Shown here: positions 36,761 to 49,711 of the stretch, piece by piece | Numbering within the stretch: the first letter of the stretch is position 1 | Layout of the letters: every line of letters starts with the position of its first letter | Source: Trichoplax sp. H2 | Taxonomy: Eukaryota | Assembly (NCBI GenBank): GCA_003344405.1 | Contig: NOWV01000197.1 | Location: 62,001-126,000, forward strand | Direction: 5' to 3' | DNA length: 64,000 nt | Notes under the pieces: model-generated | What the model saw: only the letters and a program-made list of their open reading frames with translations | What the model was told of the DNA's origin: nothing | The model's database searches: none | Translations under genes and position numbers: made by a program

Positions 36761-38167
36761 AGGAGAGGACTGTCCTGTGCGGACATACAATATGCACATT
36801 CTTCAATGCTATACACTGCATGCTGAGCGTATCGAATCGACCAGGTGGTGATGAGGTCGCCTGTGTGGCCACCAGTAACGCTTGACCTTTGCTAGGATCT
36901 GTACCAGGCACCAGCGAGATACGAGTAGACTGTCGAGGTCTCCAGTATACTGTCAACAAAACTCTCAAATCAAGGACAACATCAACAAAAACAACTGCAA
37001 GGTTTCTTTTCGATCAGGTAAGCAAATTAAACTGTGGAAATTCAATTCTTCTTCATCTACTCTCTTTTGCCGGTTGTTAGCTAGAATGGACAACATGGTG
37101 CGATTAAGGCACCATTGATTAGGATCGTAATTCGTCAAACCAGTAGTAGATCTTGTCAGTTTGTTCGATTCACTTGTTGTCTTTCGTGGGTACATGGAGT
37201 ATTGCGCTAGTTTGGATAGTGGATAAACTGGAAGTTGATGCACTTGAAGAATTGACAATCATACATTTTTTAGGCGTTTCTTCTATGTATTAACCAAGGG
37301 AAAAGGTGTCTTAATGCTATTATTAGCAACAGAAACTACCAAGTGCTAATCACCATGGCCAATGTTGTGCTAATGTGATGGATACAATCACCTTGAAACG
37401 ATCCAAAAAGTCCAGCCGCTACAGTAACTAGTCCAAACCGTTCTACAGTATATTGGCCAATGACGATCTTCTCCATCGTGTAGTGCATTAGCCAATGGCC
37501 ATTCTTGCATTTCGAAAGCACGAATTTGCTTTCGATAACTTGCGATGATGGAATAATCGATAGGAAGGACTGTATGCAGAGTCAAGAAACAGCCATGATG
37601 GGCAGTCAATGTCTGAGAGGAACAGTTTACTGCCCAAGATGGACACATTGTAAATTAATTGGCAATCAGTGAAATGGACGGCGTAAAATCCTCCTTCCAA
37701 ATGCTTCATCAACACACTATCTAAACGGTCGAGGCCATTCGTAGCTAGACAGTAATAGCTGTCGAATGGACATGTAAAGATTGTACGACTCATTTGGTAA
37801 TGATGTAATCACTTCGATCTACTGTAGGCAATGTTAATCACCATGACGTTGACAACATAATCCTTTCAAAGGCCTTTTCCACTCTTTCTTGACGGTCTAG
37901 GCCGTTCTATATAACGTAACTTGACGGTGATACTTGACAAATTGACTGCGTAAACATTGAAAAACTCATTTTATTATTGTACAAGAAGTTCGATTGGCTA
38001 TGAGGAAATATTCATCAGCCTTACATTACCAAAGTAGTTCCTTTCAAAGGCCTTTTTACACTCTATCTTTACGGCTTAGGCCGTTCTATATCATAGCTAC
38101 AAACCAACAATGTCTAACATTCTTTTATGACCTTTCCAATGTCAGCTAGGCTACAAAATAAAACGAC

Positions 38168-39851
38168 ATGACGTTGAAATCAAAGAGTATCGAAGCTGCA
38201 ACTTCCGCTAATGCGGCTATGACTCGCTCACTCAAAGTCGTTTTCGACTTATCCTGTGCCACCCTGGTATTTTCCGTTGTTATTTTTACTTTGACTTTAG
38301 CAGGCTTGTTTTTTAAGCCCGTTACCGTCTTCACTGTTGGAACACTACTATTTTTCCATGGCTTTTGGGTTTCAGTACCGGTAAGTAGCTTAATTGTAAC
38401 TTATTATTAGTCTACGGAGTAGTTTGAAAACTTGGTACAGATTAAAAGAGTACTTTTAATATACAGGAACTCAACTTTTAAGCACTATTCATGGGCAATG
38501 AATTTTCATTTTTCCAGTTTTAATTCGTAGCTAATTAAAATCGCAGATATTCGACCTTTTCTATCTTTAGATGCGATAAGTTGTTAAAAAAATTGATAGT
38601 GTTCTATAAAAGATGAAGACACAATCTGGACGTAGTGTAGCTTACTTTCAAGTCCTCTCATTTGTAGTAGAAGATGGCACTACTTTATCCTTAGTTATGA
38701 CAAGCCGTGCTTGACAACTTATACCTGTGAGGCATATCCGTAATCGCACTAGCTATGTATAGCGTAGTTTATTCCCTTCTAGTTAGGGCTATATCTTGTG
38801 CGCAAAGTAGTTTCAAATTTTACATACCAGTATTCTGCTATTATTTGTCTACTAAAGAATTACGACAAATTTATTATAGTACATATACTAACACAATTTT
38901 TGATTACTGATGGCACGAATATAATAAAGATGTTTATTACCAGCGTTTTGGGCATGTGTGGATATGAAAAAGGTGTTTACAAACATTGCCCGGTATGTAA
39001 ATATTCTAAACTGATCGGTTTTAACTAATGCTTACCTCGTTAAGTTTACAATAATATCCAATAAAGTGGATATGTCAACAGTGTCAAAAATACTTTAAGC
39101 TCGTCGTTACGCTTGAACAGATGCTTTGATAAAATGAGCTCGTATAAATTAATGCAGCTAGCTAAAACATTTATTTTGTGGAGCTACACAAGTATAATGT
39201 ATGAATATAATCATTTAGTGGCAGTTGATAAATCAAAATCAATTACTAAAAGCATTTAATCACAAAATTTATATCAAAAGTCATGACCATAATTCCATTT
39301 CGGAAGGAAGTAATTAATAACATGCCAAGACTCAAAAAAACTGATCGCTATCGATGGGATTATTTCTATACACTTATATAATTTACGAGCCGATTTTGTT
39401 TTCTATATTAATCGTAGGCAACAGCTCATTTAGTCTTTGCCATCATAACTGCTATTGCAGTTCTTGCTGGTTTGGTCATTTTAGTCATGAATTTGGTGGG
39501 AATGACTTTTTACGTCGTTCAGATTCTGGAACACCAGGAAACTAATGCACATCGTCTCCCTTCAGTGCTAATCAATGTTGCCTATGCTGGCACCATTTCA
39601 GCTACGTTGGTTTACATCTTTTTCTTCTATGCTTGCATTCATGGCGCTGTGATGTATTGCAGAGCACCGCGAAACCTTGTCGTATACAATGTTTTGACAA
39701 TGCCGGTAAGTTTGTTGTTAAAGTATATTAGCTGTTATGACCAATTCAGCCCCTTCAAGGCACAATAATGTTTCTTGTTCTCTAGGCTCCCTTAATACAG
39801 GATAACGTAAAACCGGCCTATCATAAAAGCAAGTATGGGTATGAAGTTTAA
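38168..39851 (+). CDS. CD20/MS4A-like four-transmembrane protein, paralog B (~209 aa, 4 exons)
   Basis: Exons 38168-38380 (..LLFFHGFWVSVP), 38930-38992 (MFITSVLGMCGYEKGVYKHCP), 39418-39705 (ATAHLVFAII..LVYIFFFYACIHGAVMYCRAP..) and 39786-39851. Exon phases and the 63-nt exon 2 match paralog A. Confidence 0.72.
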
Positions 39852-41306
39852 GACTTGTATACCGTAAGTCCGAAAGTTAAAACAGGAGGAAACCATCAGC
39901 AATTGTTACATCTAGTTAGCGCTGTTTCTTCGATAGAATAATGTAGTCAGCAGTATTTACGTTACACATATATTCGTTCAAATTTTAATATGGTTGTCAG
40001 AAATTGATCCTCAACAATTACAGCTAGACATGCTATGGAATCGCTTCAATAATGAATTGTAACTTTGTGGAACAAGACACCAAAAATCAATTACTTGGAG
40101 AATCTGCAGGCTATATTGCCTCCATAAGATTTTCTCATTACGTAGTTGAAGATACAGTTAGTGAAATAGAATACCAATTTACTATCTTAATTCAGTAGTG
40201 TTATTCTGAATAACGTGTCCTCAAATAGATCTATTGTTAACTACTCGTAGGCTAATAAACTAAATCACTCTATTGCCTTACCAATTAAGGCAGATTTATA
40301 TTAAATGTCATACTCATAAAAATCCTATCCTTTTGTGTTATCGAAATAAATTACTGTATCGTCAGACTCGTAATGGTGTGAAATGTTTACTTGCGGATAG
40401 ACCAGTCAAGATTGTCTATTACAATCTGCTGGAAGTCGAGCATATTCTTAACTGTTAATGATAGCTTTGCCTTCATGTACGAATTAGCCATAGCTTCCAA
40501 AGGCTAGCCAATTATTTTGTTAGCTTTCAAATGCTTTATCTTGCAGAGACAAAAGTTTCTTTTATTATTTAGGTATTACCAATGACAATGTAACCATTGC
40601 TAATATAAATAATATCGACGATATAAATGCTACAGATATAGATCGTATCTAATCCCCTCTGTAACATGCAATCTTGATATCGATAGCAATTCAATACAGT
40701 AATTAAGAATCAATACCGTACGACATATAGGATGCCATCAAACAACGGAACATTCCAAGCATAAACAGTTCAATACACTACAGTTAGAATAATATAAGTG
40801 TCGTGGAGTCAAAATGAACAACGAACGAAAGAGCTATAGTCTTTCGGATCTATGACTATTACTACATAGAACCATATAAGATACATTCTGAGATCACATT
40901 GCTAAACTGACTTTAGCCTACGATAGATTAAATATCACTAGTACACTTAGATTTTATCCAAATAATATAACAAATTCATTAGAATGAAAGAAATTAAAGA
41001 AAAATATTTCCATCCTTAACCTATAACAAGGTCAGGTAGTTTATATCTTGTATATTGTTCAAAAAGGCTGTAAACCTAGACAAACTTTGTTATGTGGTTG
41101 AAATTACCAAAAACAACAACTAGTAATAAGCTAAGAGTGAGTTTATGTATCATGCAGTTCATGTATTCTAAGTGAGCAAAAGGTACACTACGACTAAGTC
41201 AATATTATGCGCCATGAATGAGCGCTAAAAGCTGCATAGTATCCGTCTTAGTGATTGCAATAGAAAGACTGCTTGCAGATACGATTCGATACTATGCATT
41301 AGCGAA

Positions 41307-44300
41307 TTAGAATCGCCTGATTGTAGCATCGCGAGATTTTCCCACTCCTACAAATTGTACTATTACAATAAACAAAAATTGCTTTAAAGTCATGGAAGCA
41401 AAAATGACATAATCCTTTCATGAACTGTACGAGCATACGATGTTATTTTAATACTTACCAGGTATTCCCGACAGTTCTTCAATCTTCAATATGTAAGCCT
41501 GAGCATTTTCTGGCAAATCACTGAACTTGCGACATAGGGAAATGTTTTGTTTCCAGCCTGGCATTGTGATATACTCGACTTCGACTTCGCTCAAAATCGA
41601 ATGATCGGCTATTTTCATTTCGAAATTAATGTCAATTATTAAAAAATAGTGTAATAATCTCAGCTCGAACAGTGCTCTTTGATGTGTCTTTACTATTATT
41701 ATCTACACAATATCAGTCTGTCTAATTACAGACATGTCCTACAATATACTGATACTATATCTAGTATACAGTATGCCAATCTACAGCAGTTAGTACAGTA
41801 TTTAGACTAATTGTATGTAAACAGGATCCATCTCAAATGAAATACTGACCTGGGAAAGATTTTAATTTTTGACCATTGTGAATATAAGCAGTACCAATTT
41901 TCACTTCCTCGAAAGTGTCCATAACATCTAATTTAGTTACTGCAATACTAAAAATGATGTGTGATTTTAATTGTCAGGAATACCAACTTCTTACCCATTA
42001 AAAAATTTCAAACCTTGTTAATCCACTAATTCTGTTAACGTAATCAAGTACCACAATATCTAGCCAACCACATCGTCGGCGTCTTCCCGTTGTAGTACCA
42101 AATTCCTGTCCGATGTCTTGCAATTTCGTTCCTATATCCTACGAGCAGATACCAGTGATGATTAATTATAACATAAAACCGCGCCTAGCTGTTTCATCTC
42201 TGACGTAAACCTAACGTGCAGCAAATTAATATACTTTTAATACTTACTGAATCGAGAAATGTCGGGAAATCGCCAGCGCCAACGCGGGTTATGTAAGCCT
42301 TACAAATACCCACCACATTTCTGATCGTACTGGGTGGCAGGCCAAGGCCAGTGCAAACGCCTCCAATACCACAGCTGGAAGATGTTACGTACGGGTAAGT
42401 ACCTGTAACATAGACACAAGTATTTTCATTATTAGAGTATTTCCTACGTACAACAATTACATTTTACTTGTTTTTAGTTATTTCCGTACCAAAGTCAAGA
42501 TCAAGCATAACAGCATTTGCTCCTTCTACGATAATATTTTTATTCCCTTTTTTCAGTTCCTCTGATAGAAAGAAGACGGTATCTTCTATACTTGGCCGAA
42601 TAATATCGGCATAACGCTGTTGACAAGCAATAGAAAGAAAGAATCATAATTACCATAAGTTCGTAAAGCATTTCGTAAAGTGGTTCAATAAAGGTGATAA
42701 TCAGTACATACTTTGTATCTTTCTAGTTCTTTTTCTACATCCACTTCAAGCTCAGAAAAACTAGATATAAATAAACAATGATAATTTACAATAAAGTTAT
42801 TATAAAAGATTTGCAAGTACAGCAGTAAGATCATGTGCAAGCAAATTTACCGTTTTCGATAACCCTTAACTAGATTTTTGAATCTATAAAGTTAAACAAT
42901 AAGGCTTTATGTTATAATCTGCATTTACCGAGAATTATTACAAATTATACATATCAGAAATGTTAGCCGAACTTTTTTGTAAAGTCCTCAAAATCGCCCA
43001 TCAAATCGCAAACTCGCAAGCCAACTCGACTAGCCTGTAATCACCGAGCATATTGGTATTTTGCAATTTGTTACGGTTGAAATGTTTAGTCGATTACAAG
43101 CAATATTTTAATTTTGTACCTTTGTTGAATAAGCCGGTCCAATTCCTTTCTTAGTAGTGCCAATTCTAGGCAAAAATAATATCATACATGAAGTCCGATA
43201 AATTTACCCTTTGGAAGTAAAAATTTTAATTTACTTTGAGTCGCCTTTCTCAAGTTCAAGAAGTCCATCAGCTTCTTGATGGAAATCAAATACTGTAAAA
43301 TTCATAAAACTGAATTAAATTCGATATGTAATTGTTCAATGGAGTTCTACAGTGTGTCTATTACCAAGATGGGCTCTATCGGATATTTTTAATTTCGACC
43401 AACAATCTTGAACACCTATATATTTGGCGAACGAAATTATCAACAATGATAATTGCGATCAAATTATATGTAATTTCGTATATGTTGAGCACAGAGGGGA
43501 ACTTTTGCTACTATGGTAGTACTATCACATAAATAAGAGCATCTACCTACCATTTTTCTCAATAGCTTCAATTTCGGCAAACAGGCCAGGAAGATGAATT
43601 ACAACCCCGTTTCCTAAAAATTTGTTTCGATGTAAAACATTTAGCGAGGATTGTAAGCAATATATAATGGATAACATTGCCTATTAAACTGTATACAGTT
43701 TTAAAATTGAATCAATACCTACCAATTACTGAAGTGCAATTGGATTGAATGATACCGCTATAATAGATGATATAATGTTCCTTTAGTAAAGCATCATCGC
43801 AATCAAACCCAGACTTATAAGTAAAATGAAAATTCTCTAGATGACTGGTATTACAAATACGAATCTGGTTTGCATAGAGATATACTGTATGAGCAAAAAT
43901 AGTTTAAAATAGTCATTGCTTAACCTTAAAAAAGTATACGCTACAATGACTATCTTTTGGCAATGAAATAGAAAATGTATACTTATTAGTTCAGTGTAAA
44001 GCAGTCATTTTGATGCGGTCAATAAATACGGTTACAATTTAAAAATAGGAATTTTTACAAGACTGAATAAGATCTTGATGTTATTCCAAAGCCACATGTA
44101 TCATAGATGGTGGCAAGCTAATATACTGTACAGTACGTTTAATGGCTATGAAAGCAGCTGTTGCTAGAGGGATTTGTAAGTTATGTTAGCCGCAGAAGTA
44201 CTGTATGTTATTGTGCAGTGTTGAGTATTGTCGAGTGGTTGAGGTATTGGAAGAAAATTGAGCACAGTACATCCATGAATATTTATACCTATAGCTCGAT

Positions 44301-46222
44301 TGACTTCTATCATAATAATAAATGATTACAAACAACACAAAAGAAATCAGGATACTATGTTACCTAGGTAAAAGATGGAAATGGTAAGTCTTTCCATTGG
44401 CGACTACTGTATGTCCAGCGTTGTTGCCCCCCTATATAGAAGTAATAATCGATTTAGAAAAGAATAGATACAACTAGTCATAGCATTTGAGATTACAGAA
44501 TTCATTGATGGATATTTAATAAACAACAACTTTCAATATGGTTTTAGCATTATAACGCAATATAGCAGCATATTAGATAAAATTTGTCAGTGTTGTAAAT
44601 ACAATACTGTATAGCCACCATCTGCCAATTGTACATACGGGTACAATAAAGGTGTACAGATATGCCAATCTAATCATGTCTACGAGAACTAGCTCGAAGC
44701 ATTTCGCATGACTGTGTACGCAAGCATTATGAGTATTCCTACCGACAATGTAGCCATGAAATCGCAACATGGGAGGAATTATGCTTTAAAAGCACTCCAT
44801 ACAGATACATTACTACAAAAAGTCATGTCTATAGTAGTATGGAATCGATCGTTTCATAAATCTATTCATAAGCTTGACATCGTACTATACTTTCATGGTA
44901 CAGTCCATTCTTCCTTCTACTGTATTTCAATCTAATTCATTAGCGCTCAAAGCGTGTTCTAAGAGCAGCACAGTACGATCATGCACCATCGGGGTCTGGT
45001 TTAATTAATTCATTAATCGCGATTTCGATTTGGCACATATTCAATGCCGTTACTGATTGACTGACACATGTTATTTATGCCAGAGCTGAATTTACAGTAT
45101 ACCAGACATATTGGATAGATTAGTGACAAAGATCAGTGACTATGGCTTAGGAACGATAAAAAAAATACTACGACAGCAGCTGTTTCTCTTAGCAATACGA
45201 TCAATTTTGTAGGGCAACTTTAACGGTTCTTAATCCAATATGTCAATAATCATTTATGATGCATTTACAGTCAAGTCATGTCATACTGGTTCGATTGAAT
45301 GATTGTGTCAAATCGATTCAAGAAATTGATAGATTTCTTTATTGGTGCTTGACTGGAGTAGAAGAACACCAGTATTTGGGATTATATTTCCTATGCTAGG
45401 CATACTGTATCCGGTGTGAAGATATTTAGGATACAGATGAAATAATCTAATTTTGCTTCATCATTGAAAGTACAGTAGTTGTTTGCAGGCTAGAGGATCG
45501 ATGGTATTGTATTTCTATTGCTATAGACTATCAGATTGACCATCTACCATAGCTCATGGTAGCAGTGTCTACTATAAACGATCGATCATTAATTAGTATT
45601 GAAACCATCGCAATCAATCACTACATCCATAATACTATAATTGAATTGATGACTAGGAATAAGCTACAAGCTGAATTGGATAGCCAGATGTTATCAAGCG
45701 AAATCAATCCAATTTCTGAATAGATTCAATTTAATCATTTTCCACGTCGCACTACTGACGACCGTCAGTCATTGGTTTTTCGTCGGACTCTTGTGGCTTA
45801 ATTTGTTTTCTACATGGTAGGCACAATATACGATAGTAAAACACACAACTTATATATTAAAGTATGCAAAAGGGTAACCTATGTTCATGTATAATTATTC
45901 ATTTTATTGCAGTTTGTTGAGTCAACAAGTGAATAGACCATGTGTCGATTACGGCCATGTCTATCATACTCTTCTTGATTCGTCGAGCGTAGTCAATGTG
46001 ATGTCCAAGAAGGACGAAAGAGTGGCTGAAAATAACGTGACTTACCTGACAACGGCATACTATATCAGCTTGAGAAGCTAAAAGATCGACAATTTTCCCT
46101 TTGCCTTCATCACCCCATTGGGCACCCAATATCACGACTAGTGAATTATTCTTTTCATCGCGAAATGGAGCAAAATTCGGTTGGTTGTTGGACGACGACA
46201 TGTTACTTGCAGCGCTTAGCAT
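41307..46222 (-). CDS. ADSS: Adenylosuccinate synthetase, about 16 coding exons
   Basis: Signature motifs [19 protein letters not shown] (exon 1), [85 protein letters not shown] and VTKLDV. The final exon reads [16 protein letters not shown] (stop 41307-41309). Confidence 0.97.
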
Positions 46223-46564
46223 ACCTAATCCAATCAGTCTTTCCTACTCTACCAGTGGTTGTACTGATGATACACTTTCAACTAGGCTTTATCGATTGTC
46301 AAGGATACCTTGTAGTCTAGGCAATGCGTTCTATGTCAATAATGATTGAATAACAACTGGTCAAATCGTCTTTTGCAATGGCTTTTCCTTCCTATCTCAC
46401 CGCTGGCTTGCTCAATTCCGGCGCCACTTTCCTTTGCCAATGAAAGCAATTCTGTATCGTACAGACCTTCGACCGACTAGGTATTGTATTAACTCGATTT
46501 GTTTTGTTTGCTAAGGGAGGCGTGGATGGCGGAAAAGCGGAAAATTCCTTTCTGTCGTCAGCCG

Positions 46565-47017
46565 TAGTACGTGCTGCAGTCCATTCAACTCAGTGCAGTA
46601 CGTACTGCAGTCCAGTCAGCTCAGTGCAGTACATACTGCAGTCCAGTCAGCTCAGTGTAGTACGTACTGCAGTCCAGTCAACTCAGTGCAGTACGTACTG
46701 CAGTCCAGTCAGCTCAGTGTAGTGCGTACTGCAGTCCATTCAGCTTAGTGTAGTACGTACTGCAGTCCAGTCAACTCAGTGCAGTACGTACTGCAGTCCA
46801 GTCAGCTCAGTGCAGTACGTACTGCAGTCCAGTCAGCTCAGTGTAGTACATACTCCAGTCCAGTCAACTCAGTGCAGTACCGTCCAGTCAGCTCAGTGTA
46901 GTACGTATTCCAGTCCAGTCAACTCAGTGCAGTACAGTACTGTACAGTCAGCTCAGTGTAGTACGTACTGTACCCCAGGACAATCAACTCAGTGCAGTAC
47001 TATACAGTACACGTACT
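46565..47017. repeat. 31-bp minisatellite (consensus CAGTCCAGTCAGCTCAGTGTAGTACGTACTG), first copy of the array
   Basis: Direct tandem units with a 31-nt period (e.g. 46608 to 46639), degenerating toward the 3' end. Confidence 0.95.
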
Positions 47018-47519
47018 AAACTAGTATGAATGGAATGAGCTGACGTCCATTCTGTAGACTACGACTAGAAACTACATGGAAACGACTAGAAGAAATTCAT
47101 GACTCGTTTTAATACTGTACAGTACAGTACAGTACAGTACTAGGAATTTCTAGAAGTCCATGGCACTGTAGGGAACACCAGCCGGCATGAATCAACGGAT
47201 GCAGAGTACACTACTGCGTCATTTATCGCATAGTGTAAAGGGATCTCTATGCCAGGATTAGTTCAACACCAATTTCACTGGCCTAGTATAGTCATGNNNN
47301 NNNNNNNNNNNNNNNNAAATCGTCTTTTGCAATGGCTTTTCCTTCCTATCTCACCGCTGGCTTGCTCAATTCCGGCGCCACTTTCCTTTGCCAATGAAAG
47401 CAATTCTGTACCGTACAGGCCTTCGACCGACTAGGTATTGTATCAACTCGATTTGTTTTGTTTGCTAAGGGAGGCGTGGATGGCGGAAAAGCGGAAAATT
47501 CCTTTCTGTCGTCAGCCGT

Positions 47520-48073
47520 GTAGTACGTACTGCAGTCCATTCAACTCCGTGCAGTACGTACTGCAGTCCAGTCAGCTCAGTGTAGTACGTACTGCAGTCC
47601 AGTCAGCTCAGTGTAGTACGTACTGCAGTCCAGTCAGCTCAGTGTAGTACGTACTGCAGTCCATTCAACTCAGTGCAGTACGTACTGCAGTCCAGTCAGC
47701 TCAGTGTAGTACGTACTGCAGTCCAGTTAACTCAGTGCAGTACATACTGCAGTCCAGTCAACTCAGTGCAGTACTGTACATACTGCAGTCCAGTCAACTC
47801 AGTGCAGTACGTACTGCAGTCCAGTTAGCTCAGTGTAGTACGTACTGCATGCAGTCCAGTTAACTCAGTGCAGTACATACTGCAGTCCAGTCAGCTCAGT
47901 GTACAGTAGTACGTACTGCAGGACAATCAACTCAGTGCAGTGTACTGTCTGTGTACAGTCCAGTCAGCTCAGTGTAGTACGTATTCCAGTCCAGTCAACT
48001 CAGTGCACTGTACTGTACAGTCAGCTCAGTGTAGTACGTACCCCAGGACAATCAACTCAGTGCAGTACGTACT
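47520..48073. repeat. 31-bp minisatellite, second and longer copy of the array
   Basis: Same unit as 46565-47017 and the same flanks, but ~100 bp longer. Confidence 0.95.
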
Positions 48074-49711
48074 AAACTAGTATGAATGGAATGGGCTGCC
48101 GTCCACACTGTAGACTACGACTAGAAACTACATGGAAACGACTAGAAGAAATTCATGACTCGTTTTAATACTGTACTGTACTAGGAATTTCTAGAAGTCC
48201 ATGGCACTGTAGGGAACACCGGCCGGCATGAATCAACGGATGCAGAGTACACTACTGCGTCATTCATCGCATAGTGTAAAGGGATCTCTATGCCAGGATT
48301 AGTTCAACACCAATTTCACTGGCCTAGTATAGTCATGCATTTTTAAGACTGTCATGGCGGGAAAAAAATGATGGCCAAAGACATCCTATTGCAACATCGC
48401 TGAATTGCAAGAATTGGATATGGATTCGTTATTTCTGTGCTTGCTTGACTCTTAAACGAATAAATTTTCAATCTTGAACGGCTAGCGACATAGTTATCGA
48501 TTTTTAAGACTATACTGTAATGGCGGGAAAGAAAACCTTGTCTAAATTATCATTTTTGGGGCATAGACGGTGAAGAATTGGATATCCATTTGTCATTACT
48601 GTCTTTGCCTGACTCTAAAAGTAACAATATTGAATGATTGACGGTGTTTATGGACGTACAAATGTCCCTGAAAGGATCAATTTTAATGTGCCCAGATCAA
48701 GGGATCATTGCAGAAAAATTGATCGACCAAAATATGCCATCATCAACGAGTTGAATAGTACTGCATTGTACTCCTATTTTGGAAGGGCACTGCTACAGTA
48801 CCATAGCATCGGAATGAAGGACGTAGTTTCCAAAATTAATGGACTGTATGATGAGATTTGTAGCAGTAGAATCGAATTGAAATTACAAAGTGCTTATGAT
48901 TGATTCATTTATAATGGAAAGAATCGCGAGATGACTGGAAACTGGGTAGAGTAGACAAACGCTACTTTTACGGTACAATGATCATTGCTGTGTGTTTACT
49001 GCAGGCTTGAAGGCGTTGTGGGCACGCGGCTCCGCGCTGAGAAAGAGCACAGAGGCGGAGGCATGCCCCTGAACATGGGGGCATGCCATGTTGAGATTGT
49101 GCAATATTGTTATAAGCTTATATCAACTATAAATAAGTTGGCAGCAGTCGAGCAAAATAACAAAATCTCAGCTCCAACGTGCGGGTTCGGCTACTTGAGT
49201 AAATAAATAAATTCAATAGTCGAATAAGCGTGTCTTGAAGACTTCTTATTGTCATAGTTTACTATGATGATTCCCTATACTGTACAGCGACAAAAGTAAC
49301 GACTATCGATAGCCCATTAAAAAATGACATATTTACAACCCTCTTTGAAACTGGCTGAAACATTGCAGAAGTGTAAGATGATGTACTCGTACTCTCAATG
49401 TAATGCTCTCAGAACCGTACCTCAAGAAATATACGCATATGGGCGTACATGTTTGTTTCTTGTTTTAGAATAAACAATTTAATTATATATAATTTATACT
49501 ATTGACATTGACCGTATGACGACGAGTCGTAACTACCTCTTCTTAAATATATATACTGTACTGTGCAGTATAGTCGATGATAGATACTTTTCTACTGCGT
49601 TAAATACTGTAAGAAGTGCAGGATTATAATTACAATTATGGGTTAGTTGAATACTGCAGGTAGGATACTGTTTTATAATGAGAAAGTAAGATCAGTGAGA
49701 CTGCAGCACAG

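Larger units (their letters stand above)
46363..48337. other. Near-identical ~0.95-kb direct duplication separated by a 20-N assembly gap
   Basis: 46363-47296 and 47317-48337 both begin AAATCGTCTTTTGCAATGG and end GCCTAGTATAGTCATG. Ns occupy 47297-47316. Confidence 0.92.

Noticed and set aside
46504..47647. ORFs 46504-46722, 46810-47019 and 47438-47647, and similar Y/C/T/V/Q/S-rich ORFs at 15783, 35803 and 55127
   Set aside because: These are translations of CAGTA-rich repeats with no protein-like features.
46565..48073. CRISPR-like regular array
   Set aside because: The units are contiguous 31-bp repeats with no unique spacers, there are no cas genes, and the context is eukaryotic. It is a minisatellite.
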